NCBI GenBank assembly: GCA_965369865.1 | Contig: CBDURU010000013.1 | Coordinates: forward strand, 1-52,356 | DNA from: an uncultured bacterium | Lineage (GTDB): Bacteria > JAJVIF01 > JAPKYR01 | Length of the DNA stretch: 52,356 nt | Direction of reading: 5' to 3' | In this document: positions 27,630-37,233 of the stretch, piece after piece | How the letters are laid out: each line of letters opens with the position of its first letter | Numbering within the stretch: position 1 is the stretch's first letter | Program-made: the position numbers and the translations under genes | The notes under the pieces: model-generated | Database searches by the model: none | Told to the model about the DNA's origin: nothing | Seen by the model: only the letters and a program-made list of their open reading frames with translations

Positions 27630-28507
27630 TACTGCCCCTCCTTCTCAGGATTTAAAACTGTATTGTCGATAAGTCTTGTATCGCGGAAATATACGGCCAG
27701 CGCAAGTAATGCAGACCTGTTTATTTTTGCTAATGCGGATAAATCCTCCGCATCACAACAGGAGATGTAATCGATTCTGGCACTGCTGGCCTGTTCTATG
27801 ATAGCTCTGGCGATCCATTCCAGTTCACGTGGAGTTCGTTCACCGTTTTGAAATGCTTCCGTTGCGGCATCAAGTGCATTTTTCAGGCAGATTGCATCCT
27901 TGCGCTGATCTTTGGTCAGGTGCCGGTTTCTCGAACTCATCGCGAGCCCGTCGGGTTCACGGATGACAGGCAGGGCGATTATCTCGACAGGAATGTCAAG
28001 GTCCCGAACCATCCGATTTATTAGAAGCATCTGCTGGTAATCTTTAAGGCCGAAATACGCGCGATCGGGAACGGTCGCGTTGAAAAGCTTAAGAACTACT
28101 GTCATTACTCCACGGAAATGGGTCGGACGGCTCAGCCCGCACAAGTATTTGGATAGTTTTTCTTCCACAACATAAACGCTGCTGTCAGGTTGATACATTG
28201 TTTCGACCGATGGGCAGTAGGCTGCTGTAGCCCCAGCTCCCATGGCAAGTTCAAGGTCCGAACCCTCATCTCCTGGATACGTGGTCAGATCCTCGTTCGG
28301 ACCGAATTGAATCGGATTAATGAAAATCGTGACGATTGTTTCGTCACAGTCTCTCGCGCTTGCCCGTACAAGCGACAAGTGGCCCTCATGAAGTGCCCCC
28401 ATGGTTGGGACACAACCAATCGAAGCTCCGTCCGCGCGGAGTTTTTGCGACCATTCGCGCATATCGGCGGGTGTCCTTAGAACGGGTATGACTGTGGTTT
28501 CGGTCAT
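27629..28507 (-). CDS. panC: Pantoate-beta-alanine ligase
   Basis: VPTMGALHEGHLSL, NPIQF, RPTHFRGV, FGLKDYQQ, DGLAMSSRN and RLIDN motifs. Confidence 0.97.
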   Translation of the reverse strand: MTETTVIPVLRTPADMREWSQKLRADGASIGCVPTMGALHEGHLSLVRASARDCDETIVTIFINPIQFGPNEDLTTYPGDEGSDLELAMGAGATAAYCPSVETMYQPDSSVYVVEEKLSKYLCGLSRPTHFRGVMTVVLKLFNATVPDRAYFGLKDYQQMLLINRMVRDLDIPVEIIALPVIREPDGLAMSSRNRHLTKDQRKDAICLKNALDAATEAFQNGERTPRELEWIARAIIEQASSARIDYISCCDAEDLSALAKINRSALLALAVYFRDTRLIDNTVLNPEKEGQ

Positions 28508-28512
28508 GTTGT

Positions 28513-29412
28513 CTATATCTTATCCCTGGTTTCTGTTTCAACAGGATTGGCAGAATCTCCGCTGCCGTCAATCCGTTCGGCCAGTTTTCTGAAAATATCG
28601 TCATCCATCTCGAACGATTCATCCCGGGATGGAAATTCACCGTTATTGACGTCATCTATATATTGCCTGGCCGCATCGATGATTGTTCCGCCCAGGTGAG
28701 CGTAGTTACGGACAAATCTAGGCTGGTAACCCGGAATCAGGTCCATTACATCGTGGAACACCAGAATCTGCCCATCGACTTCCTTCCCGGCTCCAATGCC
28801 GATTGTCGGGATTGAAAGTTCGCGAGTGATAACCCCGGCGACTTCCTGAGGCACACATTCGAGAACCAGCGCGAACGCGCCGGCTTCCTCCACACGTTTT
28901 GCTTCCTTAACCAGGTACTCGGCGGCTTTCTGTTTTTTGGCCATGACTCGAAACCCGCCGATCGCGTTTATTGACTGGGGGAGAAGCCCTAGATGCCCGA
29001 GAACCGGCACTCCGCTCGAAACAAGGCGTTCCATCAGGCCGAGAAGTCGTCCGGCACCCTCGAACTTGACAGCTTCGCAGTTGCCCTCCTTAACAAGTCG
29101 TATGGCATTTTCCATCGCCTTGTTTTCATCGCACTGGAACGACCCGAAGGGCATATCACCCACGAGAAACGCCCGTTTAAGGCCCCTCGCGACCATCCGG
29201 GAGTGATATATAACCTCATCCAATGTAACCGGCAGGGTGTTTGGGTGTCCCTGGACGACCATCCCAAGAGAATCCCCGACCAGAATACCGTCGATTCCGG
29301 CCCGGTCGAGTAATACTGCTGTGGGGTAATCGTAGGCTGTGAGCCATACAGCCTTCTTCCCCTTTCTTTTCATCGTCCGAAATGTACGGACTGTAACTTT
29401 GTTTGTCGTCAT
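28513..29412 (-). CDS. panB: 3-methyl-2-oxobutanoate hydroxymethyltransferase
   Basis: LTAYD, ILVGDSLGM, DMPFGS, GHLGLLPQS, IPTIGIGAG and DGQILV motifs. ATG at 29412 after AAGGAG. Confidence 0.97.
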   Translation of the reverse strand: MTTNKVTVRTFRTMKRKGKKAVWLTAYDYPTAVLLDRAGIDGILVGDSLGMVVQGHPNTLPVTLDEVIYHSRMVARGLKRAFLVGDMPFGSFQCDENKAMENAIRLVKEGNCEAVKFEGAGRLLGLMERLVSSGVPVLGHLGLLPQSINAIGGFRVMAKKQKAAEYLVKEAKRVEEAGAFALVLECVPQEVAGVITRELSIPTIGIGAGKEVDGQILVFHDVMDLIPGYQPRFVRNYAHLGGTIIDAARQYIDDVNNGEFPSRDESFEMDDDIFRKLAERIDGSGDSANPVETETRDKI

Positions 29413-29478
29413 CCTATTCTCCTTCAAAGGTAGAATGGACCTGGCCCCCCAGACTATGACATCGCGAAATTCGTACGA

Positions 29479-29510
29479 ATAAAAAACTCCCGTACGATCG
29501 CGACGGGAAA
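29479..29510 (-). terminator. Leader terminator (attenuator) upstream of panB
   Basis: TTTCCCGT-CGCGATCGT-ACGGGAG followed by TTTTTTATT on the minus strand, between the pan-like motif and the panB RBS. Confidence 0.7.
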
Positions 29511-29511
29511 T

Positions 29512-29571
29512 CATTCAGACTTACGATGCCTGATAATTTGGCCGTCTCGGTCGCTAAGGATCCAAGCGGAT
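29512..29571 (-). ncRNA. pan RNA motif-like cis-regulatory element
   Basis: CCGCTTGGATCCTTAGCGACCGAGACGG bulged hairpin plus a TCAGGC/GTCTGA hairpin in the panB leader. Resembles, from memory, the pan motif found before panB genes. Confidence 0.65.
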
Positions 29572-29824
29572 ATCCATATCAATTTAACATTTTCCACTTA
29601 AATCGGCAAGTGTTTATCTACCATTAAATATTTCTAAACACCTGTATTGCATTTCCATATATTCAGATGCTTCAAATCCCACGTATGTTGCATTAATTAT
29701 TGATTATAAATTCGGCCATGATATCTGCATCTGTATCATGGTGAAAAATAATCCCGGTCTCACTAAGCGCCGGATTCCCTGAAACTCACCCGTTTTTTTA
29801 TCCAATAATATCTTCACATATTGC

Positions 29825-29852
29825 TTGACATCATTTACGCTGGTGTTATGAT
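29825..29852 (+). promoter_or_regulatory. sigma70 promoter upstream of pckA
   Basis: TTGACA-N16-TATGAT with extended TG. Confidence 0.6.
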
Positions 29853-30052
29853 TTCTTTTCTTTAGGTACTGCCTGCCGGTTGAGGGTTCACCGGGGGATT
29901 ATTTATGCGTTAAGGTAATGAGACAATATTGTAATATCCCTGTAAAACAGGCAGTTTCATACCGATATTAAAAGTACAGTCAAGTTGGAAAATAATTTCG
30001 TGGGGACAGCCAATCCCCTTTAATGTTTCGGCTTTCAAGAATAGGTGCAATT

Positions 30053-31693
30053 ATGAACTGGATTGACAGGATTAACCGGACATTGAAAGAGCATCACGAT
30101 GTCCTCTACAACCCGGATCGACGGACTATGATTCAAAGGGCTGTAGAGAACAAGGAGGCTGTAGTGTCCGAATCGGGCGCCCTGGCCACATGGACCCCGC
30201 CGGAATCCACAGGCCGGAGCCCAATGGACACTGTCACCGTTAAGAGACCGGAATCCGAACACACGATCGACTGGGATTCCCCGAACGTTATTCCCATCAC
30301 CGAGGAAACTTTCGACATGGCAATGCAGGACGCCCTGGAGATTCTTTCACAAAAAAATGCTCTCTATGTTACCGACCGATGTCTCGGGGCCGATTCCAGC
30401 TATGCCCTTCCTGTCAGAACCATTAGCAACAAGGCACTGACTGCTTTATTTACGGATAACATGTTCCGTCCCGTTCCTGACGATATCGACAAGAGCGTTT
30501 TCGCCGGTAAACCCTTCACGCTGGTTGTGGTCCCATACAATAAGCTTATCTGTAGTCGTTATGAAGGCCGTCTCAGAAAAATGAGGCAGGGCGGTGCTTC
30601 CAACATGATTGTCGGCATGGATTTCGACCGCAACCTGGGTTTGATCATCGGTTCGGCTTACCATGGCAGCGTTAAAAAACTTATGTTCACCGTGATGAAC
30701 TACAAACTTCCCGAACACGGTATCCTTCCCCTGCACTCCTCGGCTACCGAGGGTCCGGACGGCGATTCGGCGCTCTACCTTGGGCTTTCCGGTACCGGGA
30801 AAACTACACTTTCCGCGGACCCGAGAAGGGCATTGATAGGCGACGATGAGCACGGCTGGAATGATGATGGTGTTGCCAACTTCGAGAACGGATGTTACGC
30901 GAAATTTATCAATATTTCACCCGAAAAGGAACCTGAGATTTACAACGCGGTTATGCACAAGGATGACTATCTTAACCACGGAGCCATCGTCGAAAACGCC
31001 ATGATTTTCCCGAACGGAAAATTTAATTTCGACGACGACAGGTACACTCCCAATTCCCGCGCAAGTTACCCCTTAAGATACCTGGACAATGTCAAGCGCA
31101 ACTCAATTTCCGGACACCCCAAAATAATTTTATTCCTAACCGCGGACGCGAATGGAGTCATCCCTCCAATTTCCAAACTTACTCCTGAACAGGCAATGTT
31201 GTGGTTCCTGATGGGTTATACGAGCAAACTCGCCGGTACCGAAGCCGGGATCCTTGAACCGCAAAGCGTGTTTTCCAGGTTTTTTGGTCAACCCTTTATG
31301 TCGAGGAATCCCGAGGCCTACGATTCCCTGCTGGGTAAAAAAATGAAGGAACACGGGACTGTGGTTTACCTTGTCAATACAGGCTGGGTCGGCGCACCGC
31401 ACGGGGCTGGTAAAAGAATGGACCTCGACCTGACAAGGGCTATGGTGCAGGGGGCATTGAACGGTGATCTCGACGACGTTGAGTACGACCAGGATCCGAT
31501 CTTCAAGGTCTGGATCCCGAGGACCTGCCCGGGAGTGCCCTCGATTATTCTCAATCCGAAAAAGCAGTGGACGCACAAGGACTCGTATGAAGAATGGGCG
31601 CATAGACTCGCGCATGATTTCAACGTTCATTTCGAATCGATATACGGTAAGAAAAATATCGATCCCAGGATTAAAAATGAGTGCCCGTACTGA
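30053..31693 (+). CDS. pckA: Phosphoenolpyruvate carboxykinase (ATP)
   Basis: TGRSP.D, GLSGTGKTTLSADP, LIGDDEHGW, NFENGCYAK, FLTADA.GV.PP and YLVNTGW motifs. Confidence 0.96.
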   Translation: MNWIDRINRTLKEHHDVLYNPDRRTMIQRAVENKEAVVSESGALATWTPPESTGRSPMDTVTVKRPESEHTIDWDSPNVIPITEETFDMAMQDALEILSQKNALYVTDRCLGADSSYALPVRTISNKALTALFTDNMFRPVPDDIDKSVFAGKPFTLVVVPYNKLICSRYEGRLRKMRQGGASNMIVGMDFDRNLGLIIGSAYHGSVKKLMFTVMNYKLPEHGILPLHSSATEGPDGDSALYLGLSGTGKTTLSADPRRALIGDDEHGWNDDGVANFENGCYAKFINISPEKEPEIYNAVMHKDDYLNHGAIVENAMIFPNGKFNFDDDRYTPNSRASYPLRYLDNVKRNSISGHPKIILFLTADANGVIPPISKLTPEQAMLWFLMGYTSKLAGTEAGILEPQSVFSRFFGQPFMSRNPEAYDSLLGKKMKEHGTVVYLVNTGWVGAPHGAGKRMDLDLTRAMVQGALNGDLDDVEYDQDPIFKVWIPRTCPGVPSIILNPKKQWTHKDSYEEWAHRLAHDFNVHFESIYGKKNIDPRIKNECPY

Positions 31694-31705
31694 TGCCGGT
31701 AATGC

Positions 31706-31788
31706 GTGCCGTTAGCTTCCAGCTATCGGATAGCAAGTGCCGACCGCATCCTGCTGTTGGGTTTTTCAAGTGCCGTTAGCTTCCAGCT
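31706..31788. repeat. REP-like direct repeat GTGCCGTTAGCTTCCAGCT x2
   Basis: Exact 19-mers at 31706 and 31770. A related inverted copy lies at 40587-40608. Confidence 0.75.
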
Positions 31789-31916
31789 TCCATCGAAAAA
31801 CCCACAAAACGTGCAGAATTCTGCTCGGAGAACATGATTTAACGATGTGGATGCCCTGTCCCATGGGATACCTTGTCCAAATTCAGATTATCCTGGACAG
31901 CAGTAAGAATATGCAT

Positions 31917-31949
31917 AAAAAAGAAGCGCTCCGAAGAGCGCTTTTTTTT
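31917..31949. terminator. Bidirectional intrinsic terminator
   Basis: AAAAAAGAAGCGCTC-CGAA-GAGCGCTTTTTTTT between convergent genes. Confidence 0.85.
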
Positions 31950-31974
31950 CATTCCTTATTCCGGGTGAATATCT

Positions 31975-34083
31975 TCATTTAACTATTTTGAATATATCCA
32001 CCACCCCCGCAGGATCGGGGACCCATACCTTCCCGGAGTTGTGGTTAATTGCAGGAAAACCTGGATTTAAAGCACTTGTCGGGAGCTGGTATACCAGCGT
32101 GTTTGTCTCCGGAACCATTACATAAACCACCCCCGTTCCCGAGAACACCCAGCCGGTTGCGAGGAGGTATCCCGAAGGGGGGTCATAGATAAGCCCGGCG
32201 ATCAACTGAGTGCCTTCCGGCGCGAGTGTAATGGACCCGACAAATGAGTTTGTTGATAAGTTATAATAATCAACCAGGCCTGTCATGTGCCCGACCACAT
32301 AAAGCATGTTGTTATCGGAGACATATGCTATACCGGCACCAGGCTGTTCGGATTCTTCAAGATTGGAATATAGATTGGATATTTTCTCTGATTGATGTGT
32401 TGCAGTATCAATAACCCAGAGCGAGTTATCCAGCTCGCAGACTGTATACAGCTTATTCGTCTCGTCCACAAAGTGAACGGTTGTCGGGCCGTCACCGACA
32501 TCAATACGAACTATATCGGGTTCCATCATTCCGGCCGATACCACTGCGATCTGGTCCTCAGCATACATAGAAAACCAGACATTACCGTTGGTTTCATCTG
32601 TTTCAAAATCAAGCGGGATGGTGTTCGGGTTGCCCTGTGTGGACGGGACATCGAATGTATAGTTGAGCATCTTTGTGGTAAGGCTCAAGACTGCGATGTC
32701 ATATTCCCATGGTTCATCAAGACTGGTTGCCATGAAGAATTCCTGGGTGCCGATACTAAGCCCCATACTACCGGTCAGCATGAAATCTTCGAACCCGCCT
32801 TCTTCGGTGTTTGCGCTGTTGATCCCTTTAATTGTGGAGAGAATTTCCGGCAACGGGCTGAACCAGCAGATAAGTTCATCTGGATTGAAAAAGGCGTGAA
32901 GCGGGTCGGAATCCAGCATGACGTATTCCAGAAACTCCAGTGGTTGAAAAATTTCAGCATAGAAAATATTATACGCAGTGGTTTGACCTACAACCGGCGT
33001 TGTATTTTTATCCTGTGCGGAAACCAGCAACGGGTACGTCCCAACTCCCGCGCCATATTCGTTATCAAAAGTTGCATTGTAAATGGCATACATGCCTTCG
33101 TCACTGACAAAATCCGCCTGGACGATCCCGAAGAAAATATCCGGTGCTTCAAGTTTTACGGTTTCAATCGTGTCGATTCCCTGCCAGTCGTAAATTCTCA
33201 GATCCACATCAAACTGTCCGCCGGCAGGTGTAACGGTCGTTTTAAATTCCGCTTCGATCAGGTACGGTTCCAGCGCATTTGCGTCTTCCGGGAAATCATC
33301 AGGCACAACCGGATTGGTCATATTCGACGGCCAGTTGAATCCGCAATCGATTGCATACCCGAAATTTAAAGTTTCGGTATCCGGATCGGGTGGGAAACGC
33401 AAGATATAAAACCGTTCCATACTGGTTGCGGCAAGCCATGCATGACGTTCATCCAGCGTGTAAAATTCCTTGTAAGCATTGAGTGTTGCCGTGGCAAACT
33501 GCCCATCAATAGTGTACTTCCCATCCCAGTATTCAAACAGCGGTCGACCGAACGACCCGGTAGGGTAATTGGTGGGTGACCATATCGTGGAGTACCCGTC
33601 CGCATTGATTATCGAGAAATTATTACTCCCTTCATAGGACCAGAGCAGAGAGTGCCCCGGGAATTCATATGAGCCATTCAGGATAAAAATTCCCCGTGTA
33701 TCGAACGCGGTAAACACACCGCTGAATACTGGATGTTTCAAGGTGACACTGACTTCCAAATCGCCTTCCGGTGTGACACCCGGCACATCGATAACTAAAC
33801 AGTCACCGATCGCGCATAAGGGTTCCAGCGTTTTTGTGAGGTTAAAATGATACTCCGCGCCTCGGACAGGCACCACCTCGACATTTCTGGTTTCAGTGTC
33901 TACGTAAACTTCCCAGTACCCAAACAGGTAGCGGTTGTTATCGTAACCACTGGAATTGCCGGTTATTTCGAAACCCGGGACGATACCAGGATCAGTTGTT
34001 ACCGGGCTCGATGATGATCCGGAGCACGAGGCAAACAACAAGAGACAGATTGTACTTGTTAAAATTAAAATGGTTCGAGACAT
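31975..34083 (-). CDS. Lipoprotein: shared N-terminal module plus C-terminal YVTN/YncE-like beta-propeller
   Basis: ASC lipobox; GGAGG RBS; RIDVGDGP..KLYTV..NSLWVIDTAT repeats. Confidence 0.82.
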   Translation of the reverse strand: MSRTILILTSTICLLLFASCSGSSSSPVTTDPGIVPGFEITGNSSGYDNNRYLFGYWEVYVDTETRNVEVVPVRGAEYHFNLTKTLEPLCAIGDCLVIDVPGVTPEGDLEVSVTLKHPVFSGVFTAFDTRGIFILNGSYEFPGHSLLWSYEGSNNFSIINADGYSTIWSPTNYPTGSFGRPLFEYWDGKYTIDGQFATATLNAYKEFYTLDERHAWLAATSMERFYILRFPPDPDTETLNFGYAIDCGFNWPSNMTNPVVPDDFPEDANALEPYLIEAEFKTTVTPAGGQFDVDLRIYDWQGIDTIETVKLEAPDIFFGIVQADFVSDEGMYAIYNATFDNEYGAGVGTYPLLVSAQDKNTTPVVGQTTAYNIFYAEIFQPLEFLEYVMLDSDPLHAFFNPDELICWFSPLPEILSTIKGINSANTEEGGFEDFMLTGSMGLSIGTQEFFMATSLDEPWEYDIAVLSLTTKMLNYTFDVPSTQGNPNTIPLDFETDETNGNVWFSMYAEDQIAVVSAGMMEPDIVRIDVGDGPTTVHFVDETNKLYTVCELDNSLWVIDTATHQSEKISNLYSNLEESEQPGAGIAYVSDNNMLYVVGHMTGLVDYYNLSTNSFVGSITLAPEGTQLIAGLIYDPPSGYLLATGWVFSGTGVVYVMVPETNTLVYQLPTSALNPGFPAINHNSGKVWVPDPAGVVDIFKIVK

Positions 34084-34229
34084 TTTTGTCCTCCAGGAAT
34101 AAACCCTCCCCAGGATTTTCCCTTAGTTATAATTATATCACACAGTACTGTATGTTGTTACATGAATATTGTTTAAATCTCACCTTAATCTTTCAATAAC
34201 ACTAATTATTTTGATGCCGGATATATGCT

Positions 34230-35039
34230 TCATCCTGATAATTCTTCTGATAATTTGAAAGTTACAATACAGTCTGCGACAGCAAGATGAAGATTCAGAC
34301 CGTCCTGAATCATCCCCACAGGATGGGTTTCACCCGGTATCGATGTGATGAACCAGCTCCTTAGCGCGGGAGTATCTCCATCAATTATCCTGTAAATGAC
34401 GAATATGGTCGCGTCCTGGGATATTACAAGGTAATTTTTACCTGCCAGGGGTTGGAAATGCCGTGCGAATATGGGGTCATCCGCCCTGGCGATTTCAATT
34501 AATTCCGCATTCCCTTCGGACGGTAGAACCAGTTTAAACAGAAATGTGGGCCAGCCTTTACCCCTCAACACCGCGATAAATTCATAGCCGTCCACCACCC
34601 TCGCGAACATCCCCACTATGCGGGTTTCATGAAAATCCACTAGATGTCTTCGTTCATTACTTTCAAGGTCCAGGTATGCTAAATGGTTCTTATCAAGAAT
34701 AATCAGGCCATCCCTCCAGAACGCCTTTGGGTTAATCTCCCGAACGAGCCTTATGTCGGTTCGCACCTCTTCAAGGTTGTTATTAAAAATCGCGAGCTGC
34801 CCGTGCTTCCCAGTCTCTTCATAGCAAACAGCGCCATTCTCACCGGAGTGGATGTAAACCACCGGATATGAGCGAATCCTTTGAGGACGTGAACTGACTT
34901 TCTCCAGATGATAAAGGCCCTTCGTGCTTCCAACCAGGAATCCAGGTTTCGAATCGGTCGATTTTTCAAACGATGTCAGGCGCCCGATACCCAGTGAACG
35001 GTGGTTTTCAAATGTAATAAGTGCTTTTAATCCCGGCAT
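34230..35039 (-). CDS. Hypothetical protein (beta-rich)
   Basis: 269-aa ORF filling the interval; no motif recognised. Confidence 0.65.
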   Translation of the reverse strand: MPGLKALITFENHRSLGIGRLTSFEKSTDSKPGFLVGSTKGLYHLEKVSSRPQRIRSYPVVYIHSGENGAVCYEETGKHGQLAIFNNNLEEVRTDIRLVREINPKAFWRDGLIILDKNHLAYLDLESNERRHLVDFHETRIVGMFARVVDGYEFIAVLRGKGWPTFLFKLVLPSEGNAELIEIARADDPIFARHFQPLAGKNYLVISQDATIFVIYRIIDGDTPALRSWFITSIPGETHPVGMIQDGLNLHLAVADCIVTFKLSEELSG

Positions 35040-35120
35040 CCTGTAAAAAAAGATCCCCGATTATTCCGGCCAGAATTTTGTTACCTGGGATTTCATATCG
35101 GGCCTCCAGAATCAGTTGCT

Positions 35121-35399
35121 TCACTTACCCCCATTGAATTCATCGTCAGATTCAGATTGGTCATCGAGCAGATCAAAATCATCGGATTTGGTGTCGCCTG
35201 CGAGGTAATCAAGCACTTCCCCGTCTTCCTGCCGAATATATTCCATCGCGCTGGCCTGGAGAGCGTCTATTATTCGGATTATCTGCTTGACCTCATCCTC
35301 ATCACTGAACATGGAGAGAATCGGTTTTGCCTGCACGAGTGCCATGATCATACTGAACGGCAGAATGATGGTCACGTTGCGTTCGGGGTCGATATTCAT
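35121..35399 (-). CDS. Small acidic hypothetical protein
   Basis: AGGAG RBS; 92 aa with an Asp/Glu-rich tail. Confidence 0.7.
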   Translation of the reverse strand: MNIDPERNVTIILPFSMIMALVQAKPILSMFSDEDEVKQIIRIIDALQASAMEYIRQEDGEVLDYLAGDTKSDDFDLLDDQSESDDEFNGGK

Positions 35400-35426
35400 T
35401 TTCAGTAGTCTCCTGATGTCAGGATA

Positions 35427-35612
35427 AATGTAAAATGGATGTCGGGGAAATGCAAATCGCGGTGCGTGGCATAAGAGGCTCTAATTTCAGTGAACCTGGT
35501 GCGTTTCTACGAACGGTTCGGTACTGCGACGGGGATAGGGATGAGAGGTCGTGCACAGAATCACTGATGTATACCTGACTAATGCGAATCTGAACACATA
35601 GCCCTCCCATCC
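35427..35612 (-). ncRNA. Candidate 6S RNA
   Basis: ~185-nt rod-like hairpin: GGATG/CATCC, ATGTG/TGCAT, AGATTCGC/GCGATTT, GGTATA/TATGCC, TCAGTGA/TCACTGA. Contains GTGTTC near the 5' end and CCAGGTTCA on the 3' arm; TACAAT lies just upstream. Confidence 0.5.
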
Positions 35613-35671
35613 TGATTGTAGCTTGCTTTTAGTCCAATTTTACTAGAACTATCACACTCCGCTTGTCACCT

Positions 35672-36784
35672 TCACCCTCTGGATAATATCGGTTTATCAT
35701 ACGAATCAACAAAGTACGATTTTACCTTTTTCAATAATCCCTTGAGGTTTCTCCAGGGCACATGACGATCATTTTGTAATCTGCCCAGTACAATGCCTGG
35801 ATGCCGGTTAATTTGTTCTGCAAAAGCCATTATAGATTTTCTCGAAAATTTTTGTCCTTGGTGAGCAAGGAAAGATCCGTACGCGCCTTTCTCAATTAGC
35901 CAATTCATAGCCATCTTATCTGCTACAGCTTCGTTACCTTTCACTTTTTCATCTCTATCGTAAATGGTTTCAATTAAATTGCCTTTGTGTCCAGCAAATA
36001 AATGAGCTATCTCGTGCATAAGGGTAAACCAGAATGAATCTATTCGATCATATCGAAGGGATAATGCGATAACGGGGGATTTATTGAACCAGAAGAAGGC
36101 TCCATCTATTGTTGTGTTATTGAGATGTGGTACTAAAGCAAAATGAATTCCATTGTTCAACAGGAATTCCGGTACTTGGGAAACACCATTCATGTTGCTG
36201 CTTAGCTCCAGAAGATTAGGAATTGAAGCCTTAAACTCATCGACATTGAATTTTTTAAGATTTTGAACCGATATAAGCTGTTCCACGCGCTTAATCCAAA
36301 TAACTTCTGGTAATACACTCCCATCCTTCGTAGTCGATTGTCTCTTACATACAACACATTTTGGTGTCAATTCAACCGACGAGATTCCCATTAAATCCAG
36401 ATAACATTTCTCAAGCTCATCTGTATCCTTCGTATCGGGGAGCCAGCCCTTCCTTTTCAATTCTGACACTGGCACAAGCTGAAATAATTTTGCCCTTCGT
36501 GAAATTGAATCCCCGTCGCTCGATTTTTGTGCTCGCCAAAGTTGATAGTTCGCCTCAAGGTTGTTCCAGAATTCAGCAGATGTGCCAAAAGCTCTGGAAA
36601 ATTCAATTGCAGTTTCCGGTGTGATTTGCTTGATGCCGTTTACGATCTCGCTTATTACCTGCTCCGGGCGTCCAATGATTTCCGCAAGTTCCTTTTGGGA
36701 CCATCCACGTGCGTCGAGTTCTCTTTTTAAAATTCTGCCCGGAAGTGCGCGTCTTGCGGGTATCCTGCTTTCATCCATTTCCAA
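35672..36784 (-). CDS. higA: HigA-family antitoxin: XRE HTH fused to IrrE/ImmA-type metallopeptidase
   Basis: PGRILKREL..SQKELAEIIG..ITPETA..SAEFWNNL..Y.L; FWFTLMHEIAH (HExxH) and downstream E..AD. Confidence 0.88.
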   Translation of the reverse strand: MEMDESRIPARRALPGRILKRELDARGWSQKELAEIIGRPEQVISEIVNGIKQITPETAIEFSRAFGTSAEFWNNLEANYQLWRAQKSSDGDSISRRAKLFQLVPVSELKRKGWLPDTKDTDELEKCYLDLMGISSVELTPKCVVCKRQSTTKDGSVLPEVIWIKRVEQLISVQNLKKFNVDEFKASIPNLLELSSNMNGVSQVPEFLLNNGIHFALVPHLNNTTIDGAFFWFNKSPVIALSLRYDRIDSFWFTLMHEIAHLFAGHKGNLIETIYDRDEKVKGNEAVADKMAMNWLIEKGAYGSFLAHQGQKFSRKSIMAFAEQINRHPGIVLGRLQNDRHVPWRNLKGLLKKVKSYFVDSYDKPILSRG

Positions 36785-36792
36785 TCACCCCA

Positions 36793-37086
36793 TTAGTGAT
36801 AATCTTCAATTCCCAAAATTACTAAATACTCCCCTATGTCATCCTTTTTAATTTCCACAATCATGCGAAACTGATCGTTTAAACGCATTGAGTGTTTGCC
36901 CTTCATCTGCCCTTTGAGCTTTTCAAAATGCAGGCCTTTTAATTGATAGAAATCTCTTGTATCTTTGGCAGCATCAATTTGATCCACGACTTCGATAATA
37001 TCATTCTCCAGATTTGGGAATTTCTTAAGGCGTTTCTCCTCATAATAAAACGCGCTAAGCTTTTTATCCTTGATTTTGAATCTCAA
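36793..37086 (-). CDS. higB: HigB-family (RelE-like) toxin
   Basis: LHFEKLKG..GKHSMRLNDQFRMI..IEDYH motif; lies upstream of the antitoxin. Confidence 0.9.
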   Translation of the reverse strand: MRFKIKDKKLSAFYYEEKRLKKFPNLENDIIEVVDQIDAAKDTRDFYQLKGLHFEKLKGQMKGKHSMRLNDQFRMIVEIKKDDIGEYLVILGIEDYH

Positions 37087-37097
37087 TTCCCAATCCT

Positions 37098-37154
37098 CTT
37101 ATACCACAATATTGGATAAATGTCAATCATCTATTCACCCAATGGGTGAATAGA
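37098..37154 (-). promoter_or_regulatory. higBA promoter and palindromic operator
   Basis: TTGACA-N17-TATAAG (37126 to 37098). Perfect TCTATTCACCCA-A-TGGGTGAATAGA palindrome at 37130-37154. Confidence 0.8.
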
Positions 37155-37233
37155 CGATATCCTTTTCCCATTATGCATATGGGCCAGTGTAGCCCAATTC
37201 GTAACTGAAAAGACTTATGGCTAACAAGAATTC

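Noticed and set aside
29413..29514. 34-aa N-terminal extension of PanB
   Set aside because: It overlaps the leader terminator; a good RBS precedes ATG 29412.
35419..35610. 63-aa ORF
   Set aside because: No RBS or protein-like features; the interval is better explained by a structured RNA.
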